Numbered from the stretch's first letter, positions 12,741-28,121 are shown. The stretch is 64,000 nt of DNA from Negaprion brevirostris (GCA_030324005.1 JARDVH010000115.1:40690026-40754025), one strand, 5' to 3'. Numbers and translations: made by a program. The notes: generated from the letters alone by a model not told the origin.

Positions 12741-15700
12741 CATATGCTCTGCATCAAATCTGTGAAATTTTGATTCATTTGTGATATTTCCATACATACA
12801 CAATTAGTTTTGTCATGGGTATTTTAAATATTTATGATTGCTATACCAATGTTTACAATCCAATAATCTCGAGGATCTAGTTTCAACGTGACTAAAGAGG
12901 AGACTAATCATTGTGCAGTTTGTAGGCCTTTGATTCATAAGACCTCACACCAATGCATTTTTATTAGCTGAATTAAAACTAGGTTGCATTCCACTTCTGA
13001 TTTGACTTAATTTCAAATTGTGAGTATTAAGGCGACATTTTCAAAAATGTATTGATAATGATGAAATTGCCTTTCTGATCGCTGGAATATTTTAAACGAC
13101 AAAACAACTTTCTATTCTGCCAAGATGATGAAGTGGTGCTCAGACATGAGGCTGCGTTTTAACATGTGCTGTAGTGTTACAGAACAAAGTAGCAGGGATT
13201 GAAAAACAGTCGTTCACGAGTCTTTTTGTGCTGATTGAAACATTTTTGTTGTAGTTCTTACAATTTGTGCAAAACATTCATCAGTTTCTGCATGTATGTT
13301 AGGTTTTTCTCATTAATGACCCTTGTTTTGTTGCTGAACAAGTATATATTTTTATGTGTATGCAACAGAACTTGTTGCATGTTTTCCATAAGGGCAAAAA
13401 GCTCCTGATGTGATTGAAAACTCTGCGAGACAGTGAATGGAATGTGAAGGCATGTGGACACAGATGGAATTAACTATGCTTGACTGGTTACTGGACTAGA
13501 CAGTCATGTGATGTAGCCTTCATTCCCAGTGGCGTTCCTGAAGGAACAGTTGTTATTGGTGCATGTTACACGTCTGTGCTGCTGTAAGTCAGAGAAACAA
13601 TCCTTTACTGTCATCAATCTCCTTTCACTGAGCAGAGATGAATGACTTCTTACAATTCCTGCATTGTACAGTAATTCACAAACACGCATAGTAATCTATT
13701 CAGTTTTTTTTATTTCTAGGAGCTATTGCAATCAAGATTGCCATTAGTATGAGCCTGAGACAGTTAGGATAACCTCATGCAGTAAAAATGGTAGTGTAAT
13801 AACTACTTCAAATGCTGATTTAAGTATGTGTGTATTGGAAATGAAAAGATTCATACTGGGGCAAAGAAATGGTCAATGAAAACTAAATATTTTTTCTTTT
13901 ATTGTAGTTGGTTAAATTATAGCTTACAATCTGTTACATTTTACTGATGTACAGCTTTACAGTTACAAAAATCATTTATGAAAATACATCCACATTTGTG
14001 AATTTATTTAAATCTTATATATTGGTAGAAGTTTTAAGAACAAAATTACTCAGGAAATCTTGTAGGCATTAATATATTTTGGCTGTTTCTAGGTTGGTTT
14101 ATTATTTTTTCTTAAGTAAGCACTTAATTTATTGAACTGGTACATCTTTACTGAAAAGCTTTCTTTTGACAGAAATGCATTTTTCATGCCATATGAAGTG
14201 CAAGTAACTAAATACAAAGAAATAATACATTTAATTGAAAATCTTCAAGAAAGTTTTAGTAATTGGTCACACCCTTCCCTAATGGAATAAGAAGCTTATT
14301 CAAAGGTGCTCGTTATGTTCTGTTTAAGTTATTTCTAGAAAGAATAAAACCAAATGATATGCCACATCAAAATGTGACAAATCCAGTAATGAGAATACTT
14401 ACCATACATTTTGGAGCAGTGTGGATTTGGAAATTTTGATTTTTGTACAAGTAAAACAGAAAAAGGCTGTTTATTTGGATGATACACTATCCAATTGGAA
14501 GAATTATTCACAAATCATTTCACTGTTAATTGATGATTCTGAGGGCCTGTGCGCCTGCATAGTTACAGAGAAGAAACCGAATAGCAGCTCCTTTGTGACT
14601 GTAATGCTGCAAAGACTAAGTCTGTCGTTGCTTTATTTTTAGCTGCTCTATATTCTGGCAGCTGCTCTGCCTCTCATTTAAGTAGGCTTTTATTACTGTG
14701 GCATGTGAGTAGAATACCGCACAGTCTAAAAAAATTGATTATTCTACAGAATGATGCAGAGTGCAGGATGGTTGAGTGTTGAATTTCAAAGATAGCTTTG
14801 CTGAATTGGCACACATTTAATGGCTGACCCTCCCTTGCTATTTTGTTTCTCTCAACACTAAATATATCATGTGGCAGTTGCAAATGGGTAGCTGGTTGGC
14901 AGAATGGTATACTGTTACATTTGTTCAAGAGTTGGGCAATGCTGGTAGTTATACAACGCTTTTGAATGCCGTTGTGCGTATAAAAAAAATCAGAATATAC
15001 TTGTATTGCATAATGAGGACTGCTCTCGGATTTAAATGAACAACTGCACATAATGGCAAAGAATGTCAGTGCAGTAACTATAAACTGTACTGGCTGCCTG
15101 CACTGGCTACTGTGTTTGAATATTATCACCCAGAATTAATTCATAAAAATGTTGCTTTTACTTCTGCTACTGGGCAGTTTCTCTAAAAAGAATTACATGG
15201 AAATGCATGACCATGGTTGTTTTTGCCTGATCTGGACTTGAGAGAGCACCAGCTAAAAATATCAGAGCATTTTTGCTGTATCATATACCAGCTGGGGAAT
15301 CTAATCTGGGAAAGTGTGATTTAACTCCCTGGGGCTTATACATGGGAAACAGACTATTTCAGAGCTTTCATTTTAGTTGCCCTGTCCTGAAAACCTTGAA
15401 AAATTCAGCAACAGCCAGTAACGTAGGGCACTCTTGCAAAAGTAATTTCTATAAATTTAGTATCATCTCTGATTCATAATTTTGATGGAAAAGGAAATTT
15501 GGGGGAAGCAGTCTGAATGTCTTCAGTGCGGTTATTTTGGAGAATGGTTAAAGGGTTACTTGTTTCTTGGCATATTGGTTTACGTTGCTACAGTTGTACA
15601 CAATATGTTGGTGGATTTTGCTGAAGCATGCATTGTCTGTTGCCATACTGGGGTTTCATGCCTCAGAATTGTAGTCTTTGTGTTACCAAGAAACAATGAA

Positions 15701-16388
15701 AAGAATTGGATAAAAACACATCTGTGGGAACTTGCAGTCCCAGTGTAATTATTATTCTGGGTTGTATGTTCTGTGCTTTAACTCTTACTTTGACAAAAAC
15801 CTGACTCAGATTTTGCAAAAGTATTTGCATTTAGTTTCATATTCCATTCTGTATGGTTGAACTTTTATAGAAGTTATAAATGCAGCGAATTAAAGTTTAT
15901 TTTTCAAAATCCTGATTTTCATATTGACCTGGATTTTGTGTTGGGAAGTAGGTGAGGCTCACAGCGATCTCTGTTTATTATGGAGTAAATCAGCCAACAG
16001 CTTCTGGATTACGTATCTGCGCAGTGAAACATGAAAATCTGGGCACTGCACTCTGTCACCCTGTTGCTCTTCAGGTTGAGCTACGCCAGTGTTGTGATGA
16101 TATAACATCAATGCTGAATCTTAGTGTGGAAGTTGTTGTTCTTATCCATTTGTTACCAACTAAACACAGAAAAGTTAGGGCTGGTGCATTTATGTGAAAG
16201 TAATTTTTTAACGAGCTGCTAAGTCATAATTACTCAATTCTGATGGCACTGAATATATTTTTGTAATTGTGGAGTTATTTCTTCGTAATTTAGTGTTGGA
16301 GAACTTTAATTTTTAAAAAAAACCGCTTCCATCTTTTATCCCTCTTTATGCCCACCTTACTTGCACTCTCTGTTTTGCTTTCTATATC

Positions 16389-17810
16389 AGCATGTGAATT
16401 AGGAGCAAGAGTAGACCATCCAGCCCCTTGAGCCAGCCCCACTTTTCAATCAGATCATGACTGATCTGATTGTAACTTCAATCCCACATTCCTGTCTACC
16501 CCTGATAACCTTTCACCCCACCTTGTTAATCGAGAATCTATCTAGCTCAGTGTTAAAAATATTCAAAGACTGCTTTCGCTGCCTTTTGATGAGGCAAGTT
16601 CCAGAGACTGATGGCCCTCTGAGGTAGAAATGTTTCTCCTCATCTTTGTCTTAAGTGAACAGCCCCTTATTTTAAAACAGTGATCCCTAGTTCTAGATTC
16701 TCTGACGAGTAAAAATCACCTTTCCACATCCACCCTATAAATGCACCTCAGGCTCTTAAAGGTTTTGACCAAATTGCCTCTGACTCTTCTAAACTCTCGT
16801 GGATACTTCCCTGCTGTTAGGCTTGTAAACCTTCTCTGAACAGCTTATACACTTGCATTTTTCCTTAACTGAAGAAACCAATACTGTACACAATACTCCA
16901 GATGTGGTTTTACCAATGCCCTATATACCTGGAGCATAACTGCCCTACTTTTGTAATCGATACCCTCGCAATAAATGAGAACATTCTATTGGCTTTCCTA
17001 AATAGTTGCTGTATATATACACTAGTCTTTAGAGCTTCATGTGCTTATTGTCTAAATGGTAGGTGCAGAGGAATCCTCTGCACCCACCTTTTAGATAATA
17101 AGCTGCTTTTCTTATTCCTGCCAAAATGGACAATTTCACATTTGCCCACATTATACTCCATTTGCCAGAGTTTCACCCACTCACTTTACCTATGTCCTTT
17201 TGTAACTTCCTTACATCTTCACAGTTTACTTTCCTATTTGTCTTTCTGTCATCAGCAAACATCCATATCTTCAGTCCTGGCATCTAGGTCAGAAGGAGAT
17301 CCATTTATGCCAATCTTCTGTCTACTGTTGGCTAGCCAATCTTCAGTCTAGGAAAATATGTTTCCTCCTATGCCATGAACTTTTATTTTGCACAATAAGC
17401 TCTGATGTGGCACCTTATCAAATGCCTTCTGGAAATCAAAGTATAATAAATTTGTTGGTTCCTCTTTGGCACAAGTGGCTCCTTCAAAGAATTCCAATGA
17501 ATTGGTTAAAGATGATTTCTCTTCCACAAAACCATATTGACTACCTGACTAACTTGAATTTTTCCAAGTGCCATGCTATAACATCTTTAATAATGGCTTC
17601 TAACATTTTTCCTATGACAAATGTTAGACCAACTGGCCTGTAGTTTTCTTTTTTTCTGTCTCTCTTTGAGTTATATTTGCTGTCTTCCAATCTCATGAAA
17701 CCTTGCCTGAATTTTGGAAAATTAAAACCAATGCATCAACTATTTTGTTAGCTGCTTCTTTCAAAAATTTAAGCTGAAGTCCATGTGGACCAGGGTATTT
17801 GTCAGCCTGC
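16389..17810 (-). mobile_element. Decayed CR1-clade LINE (RT and 3' end)
   Basis: Minus strand near 17400-17445 reads YFDFQKAFDKVPHQSL; CR1 tail (aggagcaagagtagaccatccagccccttgagcc on +) at ~16400. Confidence 0.85.
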
Positions 17811-20800
17811 AGACGTACGGTTTAAATCCAATTAATATTTCTTGTTTTAAAGTCAAATAAAAAGTTTAACTCATTCAAAACCTATTCAGTCTCACAGTTA
17901 AAATCCAGCTCCATGTTTCACCCTCAATCTGGTCAAAAAGCCTCACTTTTTTTTTACCTTGTCACATGGAGTGCGCTGTGTTCAAATCAGGTGCCCAATG
18001 ACAGGATGTTTCTGCTCAAAAGCATACCAAAGTTTTTGTGGGCAGCTGCCAGTGTCGTGAATGGCAAGCACCGTTCATTTGCTGCTGACTACAAAATCTG
18101 GCCAATACAAGCATGGGGTTGAAATTTAAACTTTTTGAGTAACAGCCAAATAGAACCTTACATTAATTATATCACCATATAAACTTAATTTATTACTTAA
18201 GTAGTGAGTGTGGCTAAAAATAGCAATGAGACACCAAAAGTAATTTTCAAGTCAGTGTAGAGCATTTTGCTTCATTCATATTTATGTATTATGTTACTAA
18301 TAGAGCACCTCAGATGCAGCTACATAAAAATCAAGTGTGTCTGAAAATCAGACATATTTTCCCACACCCCAGCAAACCTTGGCCTCACCAGACCCAGCTT
18401 GGAAAAGCTTGAGGGAATTGCCTAGCACTGATCGACTTCATGTGCCTGACATTTCCTGCACTCCAGCTTATTTTGATCCAGCCCAGCTCGGAGAAGTTTG
18501 AGGAGTTGCTGAGCACTGATCAACTTGTGTCTGATGCTCCAGTGAACCTTGTCCCCACCCAACCCAGTGTAGATGTGGTTGAACACACCCAGGAAGCAAA
18601 AAAGGTTCATACAGAATCCAGTGAGATAGAATATTTCATCGTATGTTGTGCTTGGCATCAGGATATGGGTCTTCTTGTTACAATACAGGGTATCTGTATT
18701 GTGTTTTGATGCCATTAAGGCCACCCAAATAGAAGCCCAAGGGCTTAAATTCAAACATTGTGTTTGAATCCCAAAAGCCTCAAGTTCCATGGGCTCTGAT
18801 TGCCTTCTTGCAGCTGGCCCAAGTCAGTTCAAAGAGAGTTATTAAAGATTATGGCACAATCTTGCATGAACAAAAAGCAAATAGTTTTCAGTTATAACTA
18901 CAGGGTATTTTTAACATTTTTTTGATTGATCTTTTCTCATTTTAAACAGGTGTACTGATGTAGGGAGGTGGGGGAGGCGTGAAAGAGTTATTAAATCCAA
19001 TGCATGAGAAGTGAATTAATGTCAGCAGTGACATGCTTATTAGCCCAAACTATCTTGCAATGATCATCAGCTGGTTTTTCTGTGTCCCCTCTTCACTGAA
19101 TTAAGGTATTCTGATTTGAATTAATGGATTCTGATCTTTTTTTCTTAATGTAGGCCAACATGTTCCGAAATCTGGCACAGTTTTGGTCCTGAGATTGCCA
19201 GATTTGAAGTGCTCTATCTCATAAAATGTAAGCTGGGAATGAGAATCAGAAGAAAATGAACAACTTGTTTTGCTGTTGACACTCACTCCTAGTTGCAGTG
19301 TTAAGCAGGCAGTGGGTGACCCTTGGTCATTTGACTCTTCGAAGATGTCAATCCTTGGCACATATTCTGCAGTTATAAGTTGACTTTCCAGGAAAGGCCT
19401 GGTGGTTTGGGCTGTGGAGCTTTGGGCCCAGCCAGATCATCACAAACCTAGTTCAAATTTGACAAATTCTAGCCTTGATTTCTTTGTGAACCTCAGGTCA
19501 TGTCAGTAAATCATGGAACAAGAGGAATAGGACGCACAAAGATGTTGGCATCTGAGCATATTATTTGCTAGCTCAAGGAGGAAGTGCAGCATTGAACAAC
19601 AAGAGTGGGCCAGTGTAGATGTTCTACAACTATACACACAAAATAAGTTTGAATTGTTGGATGCATGCATCCAGAGGCCTTTTTTTTGCATTGTTTTCAT
19701 AGTTGTCCTTGTTTGCTGCCAGTGATCCAGCTTGGTAACACATCTCATTATGCACAAGCACAAAACAAAAAAGCTGCCTACAGATAGTTGTATATATGCT
19801 GCCATCTGGGGTATTTAGTTAGCAGCAATTTTCAGAGAGATAAATACTTTGTTATTTTTGAAGATTGCTCATAGAGGTCAGATTACGCAATTGGTTGACA
19901 AATGTTTTGAGTTTGGATTCAATGTTGATTCAATCAAAAGAGGATGCTTGAAATTTAGTGAACGCCGGAACATGAACATGAGTGAATTCAGCAGTGCAGT
20001 TCTGATGCCAGAAAAATTAGTATTCCAATAGCTTACATAGTGAGAATTCTGCGAGGGAGCTTGGCTTGAGGCCAAGGAAACAGAAGATGGTGAATTTAAT
20101 TTGCTATTCCAGTAAGGAAAATCAAAGAGTTTTTGTCATTGGGGAAGGATTTGTCTTTCAAATTTTCTACCTTGCCTTGTTTCTTAAATTCTGATTTCCA
20201 CATCTCCCCACCCCACCCACCCAAACAGAATCACCAAAATAGCTGAAGGGACAATATGTCAGGTTCTTCATGACAGAAATCTAATTTACCCAACCGTAAA
20301 ACAGAGGGGAAAACAGTGAAATAAAATGAAGGAAAAATTAACAGTTAAATCAACAATTGTGCAACAATATAGGGAAAAATATCTGCTAAGAACTCAAAAA
20401 TGAAACATACCTATCCATTCTCTGAACATTGGACAAATAAAATATGTATTGGCTTCTTATTTTCATTTGAGATTCCTGGTTGCATTAGGTACTTGGGTGG
20501 ATTGGAATCCACCTGGAAGTGACATAGAGCAACTAATCTAGAAGAATGATGTCTTAGGAAGTACGCAAACACACATGAATACCTGTTTCAAGTTCAAAGA
20601 TGCATTTTATTCCTGATAATGTTACTGCAAAGCCCTAGAATATCAGAATCATCCTTACTGAATCACCATCATAAAATTAAAAGAATGTGTTTATTTTGCC
20701 ATTCATGTTCTACCCAGCAGTAAATATTGCTGAAACAGTTTGCATAATTTTTCCCACTTAATAAATAAATGGGTAGAAAATTAAGGTGATAAATTCAAAA

Positions 20801-21989
20801 CCCAAGTCTTACCCAGAGGGGCAAGCATATTTTGGAACAATCTGAAATATATTTGTCTTTAAATAATCTGTCACTTTTTACTAAAATGCAGGATTAAAGC
20901 TTGTGTGATTTACCAATTCATTATTTTGCTTTGTCAATTGTATAAATCCTGATCAAAATGCTGCATTTTTTCACAAATGGGTTATTTATGGTTCAGGATT
21001 CAGCCATGTTTAAATGGAATCTTAATTAAGAAGGCTGTATTATTGCTAAACCTGTCAATGATGCGACACAAAATTAATGATGGGGCTCAGATTCCCCCAC
21101 TTCCTCTACTCCCTGTCAACCTCCCCACTAACTAATTTCTTACACTATTACTGGTTAGTACTTGAATGTACAAAATAAAACAGCTGTTGTACTAATGGAA
21201 AATAGTTTTCAGGTAAACAAGTAAAGGAAGCTCAGGGCCTCACTGAAATAAAATTTGGTTTCCTTGTGAGGCTGAAACTGTTAATACATTAGTTAGATTC
21301 ATGCATTGGAGGTATAGAAACATTTTATGGAAAGACCTTGGATTTCTGCTGCTTGTGCTGGCTGTATGATGAGGTTGACCAAAAATACTTTGGTTTTATA
21401 GCATTAATAAAAGCATCACAGACTAAACTGCTGTGGCAATCTTCTATCCGTTGTGGAAAATATTTTCAAAATTACTTCTAATGTAAATATTATTGAACTA
21501 AATTTTGGACTTCCTGCAAAGTCTCTTCATCTGTGTGTCTGCGAGCTTAAAAATCCTTGTAGATAAATGTCGAAGGAAATCAGCCTTTATATTTGTATTG
21601 AAAGTGTGTTTTATACAGCTGTATCCCATTTTAAGTAGTTCCAAGGAAAGAAGTTTTGTTGTAATGTAGTTCAAAAGTTGTTACTGATTTAATAATTTTA
21701 AATGACTTGCCCTGTTGTAATGTATTTTACCAAAGTTTCAAGGTAGTCAGGTCATTTAGGAATTCAGAATACCCTGACCAAGTCAAGATAAGAAAGGAAA
21801 TGAAAAATTCAGAAGCTTGAAATCTGAAGTAAAAACAAAATCCAGAACAGTCAGCTGTCTTACTAAAATAATCAAAGCAAAAATAAATCTCAACATGGGG
21901 AGGAGCACAAGACCAATCCAGAGATAGAAATGACTCTTTGGTGGTTAAGNNNNNNNNNNGAGACCAAATTAAAATATAGTAAACTACTT

Positions 21990-22177
21990 CCAGCAATGCA
22001 TTCACTGTTGCTGGGTGAAATTCCTGGAACTCCCTTCCTTGCTGTATTGTGGGTATATTTACAACACATGGACTGCAGTGTTTCAAGAAGGCAGTTCACC
22101 GCCACTTTCTTGAGGTCAAAAAGAGATGGGCAATAAATGCTGGTCTAGCCAGTGGTCTCGTGAGTGAACTAAAAAAA
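21990..22177 (+). mobile_element. 3' end of a LINE of the same family as the 25190-28773 element
   Basis: ctggaactcccttcc...ggactgcagtgtttcaagaaggcag...gatgggcaataaatgctggtctagccag...aaaaaaa; homologous to the reverse complement of 25190-25350. Confidence 0.7.
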
Positions 22178-25100
22178 TACTCTTGAAGATGCTCATCGTT
22201 TTGCACTGGTGGTTTATCTTCCCCCTTTCCTGGATGGTTGATGTGGTCTGGCTTAACTTGGTGCGTAGTTTAAACTTGGAGCCAAGTGGGAGTTATGCTC
22301 ATGTCCTGGAGAGGAGAGTTAAATGTGTCCTATCTGAGCTGGAGATGGAGAGTGGAGCGGAGCCTGTGACTCTGTCCAGACTTACGTGAAGGAGAGAGAG
22401 AGCAAGCAGGTAGCCCTTACATGAGATAGAATGGCTGGATCGGCTGTGATGGGAAAAGGAGCAGTGGTTGCACATCTCCCCAATCCCCCACCTTCCCATT
22501 CTCCAATCCCTCGCTCAGGAACCCCCATGCTCTCTCATAGCCACCCCTTTCAACTCAACCTCTATCAGCTCTGAATCTTCCCCTCCCACTCCTGGGCTCG
22601 GAATCTTTCCCAGTCTCCTATCCCACACAGTCCAATCTCCCATTTCCCTTCTGGTGATCCTGAAACTCCCACAAGATTCAGCAAATTCATTCACCCACTC
22701 TTTAAAGCAAAATGTTACTCTTTGGAAGGGAGCCCTCTGTCTCTGACCTCCCAGTAAGTCCTTCCCACCTCATTGATGGTGTTTTAATTGTTTTTCTGAA
22801 TTGCAAGTGCCTTCTGTTGTGTCTGTTCTTCGGCCTATAAAATGATGTATTTCATTTACAGGGCCAAAAATCTTGGGTTGGGCACAAATCTTCTGAAATT
22901 ACATCCATTTAAATAGGGAAAGCTGCTTCAATATAAATGGCTTTGCTTTAAATAGTTGTTTCCAGGAATGTGTCGACTTAAAACAAGGTATTTCTGTACT
23001 GACCTTTTGTAACAAATGTCAAACAGATACCCCAAAGGAGGTATACGAGCTTCGGCTTCCAGTCCTCTGCAGTTGCTTTGTGCCATCTCAACTGGGTGTG
23101 TTCCAAACTTGCATAGACGACAAAGGCAACCACAATTTAAGACTAACTAGAGAGCTGCCAAAACAACAAAACCCTTAGTAATTATGCTACTTTCTGTGAA
23201 ATTTCCGTGCCCAGACTGTAACACGGATTTCAAGGGTCACACAATTCCTGAGTGGTTTATGGGTCAGTAAGTCATGACCCCCTATTGTTTTCAAAGGAAA
23301 TTCTCATGGATACTTGCCTTTGGTGACATCAAGGAATCGTTTTGCAGGAAGAGGAGGTCTGGATTTGTCTGTCTCCCAGTGGTATTGCGATTGATAGTTA
23401 CAATAAGGCCTATCAAGACTTTTGTATGACATTTTTCAGTATTAAGTTTGTGTCCTCCTTCATCTTAAATTAAAATTACTTACCACAGCCTATCTTCCTA
23501 CATAACTTTAAATTGTGAATTTATCAAGGCACTTATGAAATCCTAAATTCCTAAATCAGTATTGCTACTCTCACTGATTTAAGGTTAGGCAGATATAAGT
23601 AAGCTATTATTCATATAAAGTTATTTGGATTATTATGGTAAACCAGTGATGATGCGTATGTTTAACATGGTTAGAGAGACCTTGATATAAGTTTTTATTT
23701 GTTCATGGGATGTGGACATTTCTATAAAAAGCCTAAAATGATGTATTGAATGATTCTTGTCCATTGAAGGGGTCCTCATGAAATGAATTTGATTAGTCTT
23801 CCCCCTTATTCCAAGGGAATGCGGACCTGCACGATCTAGCTGCCATATATTTGGACTCATAAGTAGCATGAGAATTGATGTAAGAAATAGACAATGCCAA
23901 TTGGTACACTGAGGAGTGCTCTTCTGAGTTTGATAAGGTATTGATAGGAAAGAGTACGTTTACTTGACCACGTTCCGAACAGTGATACATTTAGCCTAGA
24001 AGTGCTTTATGCTAATTTCACATGTTCAAAATGGAAAAGTAAGTTCTATTCCTAAGACAGGCAATCTCTATTTGATGTGGATAAAAAAGTTAGCCATAAC
24101 TGTTTTTGATGTGCATAAACATTGAGTAATTTTGCTCAAAATTTAAGATGCAAGTTTTATTGTGAAATACATTGGTTCATTATGACACCATTTATTTTCA
24201 AAAAACTTAAAATATACACTTCTTGTACCNNNNNNNNNNGTGGTCCTTTTTTGAATAATTATAATAGGCCCTGCGATATTCTTTCATGGCTTTGAAATGT
24301 CTGTCGGATACTACAAGTGTTTGTACACATCTGGTGTCTGGCAGGATGTTACAATTGCCAAATAGCTTAAATTGTTTTCAAAAGAGGCCCAGCCAGGAAA
24401 TGGTTAATTACTACTTGCAGCAAATGGAATATAACCAGAGATTCACCACTCCATTTGGATCTATCCACAGTTGAAAATTGCTGGCGTGTTAAGTGTTAAA
24501 TGCTGAGAACAATGTTTTGAGTGTGATAAATGGTGCTGTTGAAAATGATCATAAAGGAGTACGCTGCTCCAGCCTTTGGCACTGAGAAATTAAGAATGAC
24601 AATTTATTTTTAACCATCTTCAATGTCCTTTTCTTGATGTATCTGCTACTGTCCTCCACCAGTTTTCACATTCTAATAGCTTTAATTTTGTAGCTATCTT
24701 TTGTCTAGATTTCTGTGTTGAAAGCACACAAAAGTAAATGTAACGGAATTGACTCCTGTATCACTGAATGCGTTGTTGCTTCTGGCAACCAGTCTTTCAG
24801 ACGGGATTGATTTTATTCAGAAATGCAAGGGCACTAGATAATTAACTTCTCATGTACCAAAGTTTGTTTTGAACTGTGCTACTGAAAGTACCATTTAACA
24901 CTACTGTATTTATTTTCTTATATAACTTACTGTTTCTAATAATTGTACACCATAGAGCATGAAGTAAATAGGAGTATCATTCTCCATTGGAAGGTACAAA
25001 TACAAGAGGGAGTTGTTTCCATTTGCATTAGTTGCAGCTTTATGGTACAACATTTACAGACAACGATGTCAGAAATCTCTTTCAATGCCTTGGGCTTCTT

Positions 25101-25479
25101 GATTAAAATGTGTGCAATCTAAAGCCTTATCTAAGGCAGATAAGCTGTTCAGGCCTAACGCCATATTCCCTGGCCTCCTTTGTTTGCAGTTTTTCTTTAT
25201 TTGTTCATTGGATACGCATGTCACTGACCAGGGCAGCCTTTTTTGCCCACCAATAATGCCACTCAAGGTGGTGTTCATCTTCATGGACCACAACAGTTCG
25301 TATCCTGAGGAGTGTTGTTAGGTAGGGAGTATTAGGATTTTGACCTAGTGACGTTCAAGGGACATCCTATAAATTTCCAAGTAAGAACGTGTGACTTGAA
25401 CAGGAGCTTACAGTTGATCATGGTCTCTTGCATCTGCTGTCCTTGTCTTTTCAGGCAGTAGATGTGTCAACAGTGACCT

Positions 25480-26511
25480 AATTGGCCAATGTCAGGACGA
25501 TGCTTCCATGCAGAGGTAGACTTGCACTTTTGGGAGCCCTGTGCTCTGCCTCCATGCCAGAACCCCTGTGACATCATGCTCTGCTTCCCAGTAACGTGAC
25601 TTCTTTACCCTCCTCAGCCCTGGCCATGGGGTCGTGTGGCCCCCTGCTACAGCTGGTCCCCTTGATGATCTCAGCTTGTCAGTGTGCTGGTGGCTCACCG
25701 GCTACTGCTGGCTATCTAGCTTTGGCCTCTGCTCTCACCCATGCCAGTTTCATTACAGTCCAGCCACCCCACTCTCAGATATGGCTTCTGCTTGAATTGC
25801 CCCACTGCTTCCTGAAAACCACGCTGGTGCCTATTGGCCTCACATCTTCCAGTCCCAACAGCTCACCTCTTGCTTGCATGGCTGAGCCTCTAGTCTCGAT
25901 GACTGTGTGGACTTCTGACTGGCTGCAGTATCTGCCTAGCCCAGGCTGCTGCTGGCTATCTGGCCTAGCCTCTGCACTTTCTTTGTTTCCTCTTCCTTCC
26001 CCCAGTGAGTTGCCCTGCTGCTGCCCTTGATGGCCATTGGCCAGCATCACCGCCTCAACCCTCACACTTGGCCTTGCAGGTCTGCACTCTGATGTAAGGT
26101 CAGCAACCTCACTCTAGCCTCAGGCTGCTTGCCTGACTGTCGTCATAAGGCTGCTGCTTTACTAATGGAAAAAAGTTCTGAAACTTCAGACCAGACAATC
26201 AACAAATCCATCTGAACTGCTCTCAAGTTACCACCATCTCTCAACTAGGACAGTGTTTTCCTGCGCTAAGTGAACTCCTCCAATCAGATCCATGTTGTTC
26301 TCCATTGCTTGCTGATGAGTCTATCAGCAAATTAAGAGCTACAAGGCTCTGATCCTGCCACTGCCACCTCTTGGTTTGGGGCCACCCCATTGGTCAGGGC
26401 CCTGTGTTGACGTGCTGTGTGTTTCATTGAAAGTCCGCCTCTGCTAAAGTTGGATCTCCTCCTACTTTAGGCCCCTGGTTGTGGGACTCAGTCCACAAAA
26501 TAAGATCCAGC
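25480..26511. mobile_element. GC-rich insertion within the LINE, probable non-autonomous TIR DNA transposon fragment
   Basis: Abrupt GC-rich block interrupting LINE homology, ending in aaaataagatccagc, similar to the termini seen at 17900, 47826 and 49421. Confidence 0.4.
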
Positions 26512-27832
26512 TTTGCATTTCCGAGATGAAGAGTAGGTCATTGATGCAACTGAAGATAGGTGTGCCTAGGGTGCTTCCTGAGGAACTCTGCTGAGATGTT
26601 GTGGGTTTGAGATGATTGGTCTCCAACAACCACCACAATCATCTTCCTTTGTGCTAAGTATGATTCCAGCTAGTGAAGAGTTTTCCTCTGATTCCCATTG
26701 ACTTAAATTTTACCACAAATTATTGATGCTATACTGGGTCAAAGACTATCTTAACACATTTCGACTTCAGCTTTTTTGTCCATGTTTGGACCAAGGCTAT
26801 AATGAGGCCTGGGGCTAAATGGTCTTGGTGGAATGCAAACTGAGCATCAAGGTGTAGGTTATTGGTAAGTGCTGCTTGTTAGCACCACCCATGACACTTT
26901 CCATTATTTTGCTAATTGAGTTGACTGATCAGATTGTAAATGGTTTGATTTGATTTGCCCCTTTTCTGGACAGAATATTTCCTAGTTAATTACCCATCTT
27001 GTTGCTAGATACCAATATTGTCACTGTCCTGGAACAATTTGGCTAACCAAGTGGCTAGTTGTGGAGTGCTGGTCTTGAGCGCTGCAGCCAGAATGCTGCT
27101 GGTGCCTGTAGCCTTTGGTGCATTCAGTGCTGTCGGGCGTTTCTTGATGTTGAGTGAATCAAATTGGCTGGAGACTGACATCTGTGATGTTGAGGACTTT
27201 GCTCAAATGGCATCCGTTCATTTCATCTGCTCAGCACTTCTGTCTGAATACAACAAAATGTTTCAGCCTTTTTTTAACTGAATTGCTGTGCCCACCAACA
27301 GTAAAGATAGGGATGTTTGTAGAGCCTTCTTTTCTTAGTTGTTTAATTGTCCACCACACAACACATCTGATCCATTAATTATGGGATAGCTTAGGTTTGA
27401 CTAAGATATGCCCCTGTCGTTTAGCATGCATGTTGTACTGTATTGTAACTTCAACAGGTTGTCAATTTTTAGGTATGCCTGAAGCTGTTGTGCTACCTTA
27501 TAATTCATAACGGCAGTGGTAGAGTGTGGGATATTCAAGGCCATGAGGTTCAGATTATGGTGGAGTATAATTCTGCTGAATACTTGCAGCCTTTTATCTG
27601 TGACCAAGTCCATTATGGAATAAGTAGATTAGTAAAAATGTTTTTTTGTTATTTTTCTAATATCTACCACCTAGTTTGGAAACTGTCGTTCAGGACTTGG
27701 TAAGTAGTTATGATGCCAAGCCAGTTGGAGAGGTCAATGTCCATTATTTAGAGTACATTCTATGCTAATGCCACTCGCTGCTTCTTCCAAGTGATGTTCA
27801 ATGTCGAGGAGCACTGACTCATCAGCTATTGC

Positions 27833-28121
27833 TGATGTGGATTGGATTGGAAGGGGCCTAGAGCTGGGGGTACGGAGGGAGAGGAGTTTGTAAAATGTGT
27901 GTTGGAAGGGTCCCTAGAGCAGTACGTAACTANNNNNNNNNNNNNNNNNNNNNNNNNNNNNNNNNNNNNNNNNNNNNNNNNNNNNNNNNNNNNNNNNNNN
28001 NNNNNNNNNNNNNNNNNNNNNNNNNNNNNNNNTACACACAGGGCAGGGTAGGTGTAGGAGGATGCAGCGGCGCGGGCTCGTTGGGCCGAAGGGCCTGTTT
28101 CCTGTGCTGCGTTGTTCTTTG
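27833..28121 (+). mobile_element. Younger CR1 LINE, mostly collapsed into an N gap, inserted into the SINE-headed LINE
   Basis: Left flank translates DWKGPRAGGTEGEEFVKCVLEGSLEQYVT (CR1 endonuclease); right flank has the CR1 tail gggccgaagggcctgtttcctgtgctg; candidate TSD TATTGC at 27827 and 28122. Confidence 0.75.
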
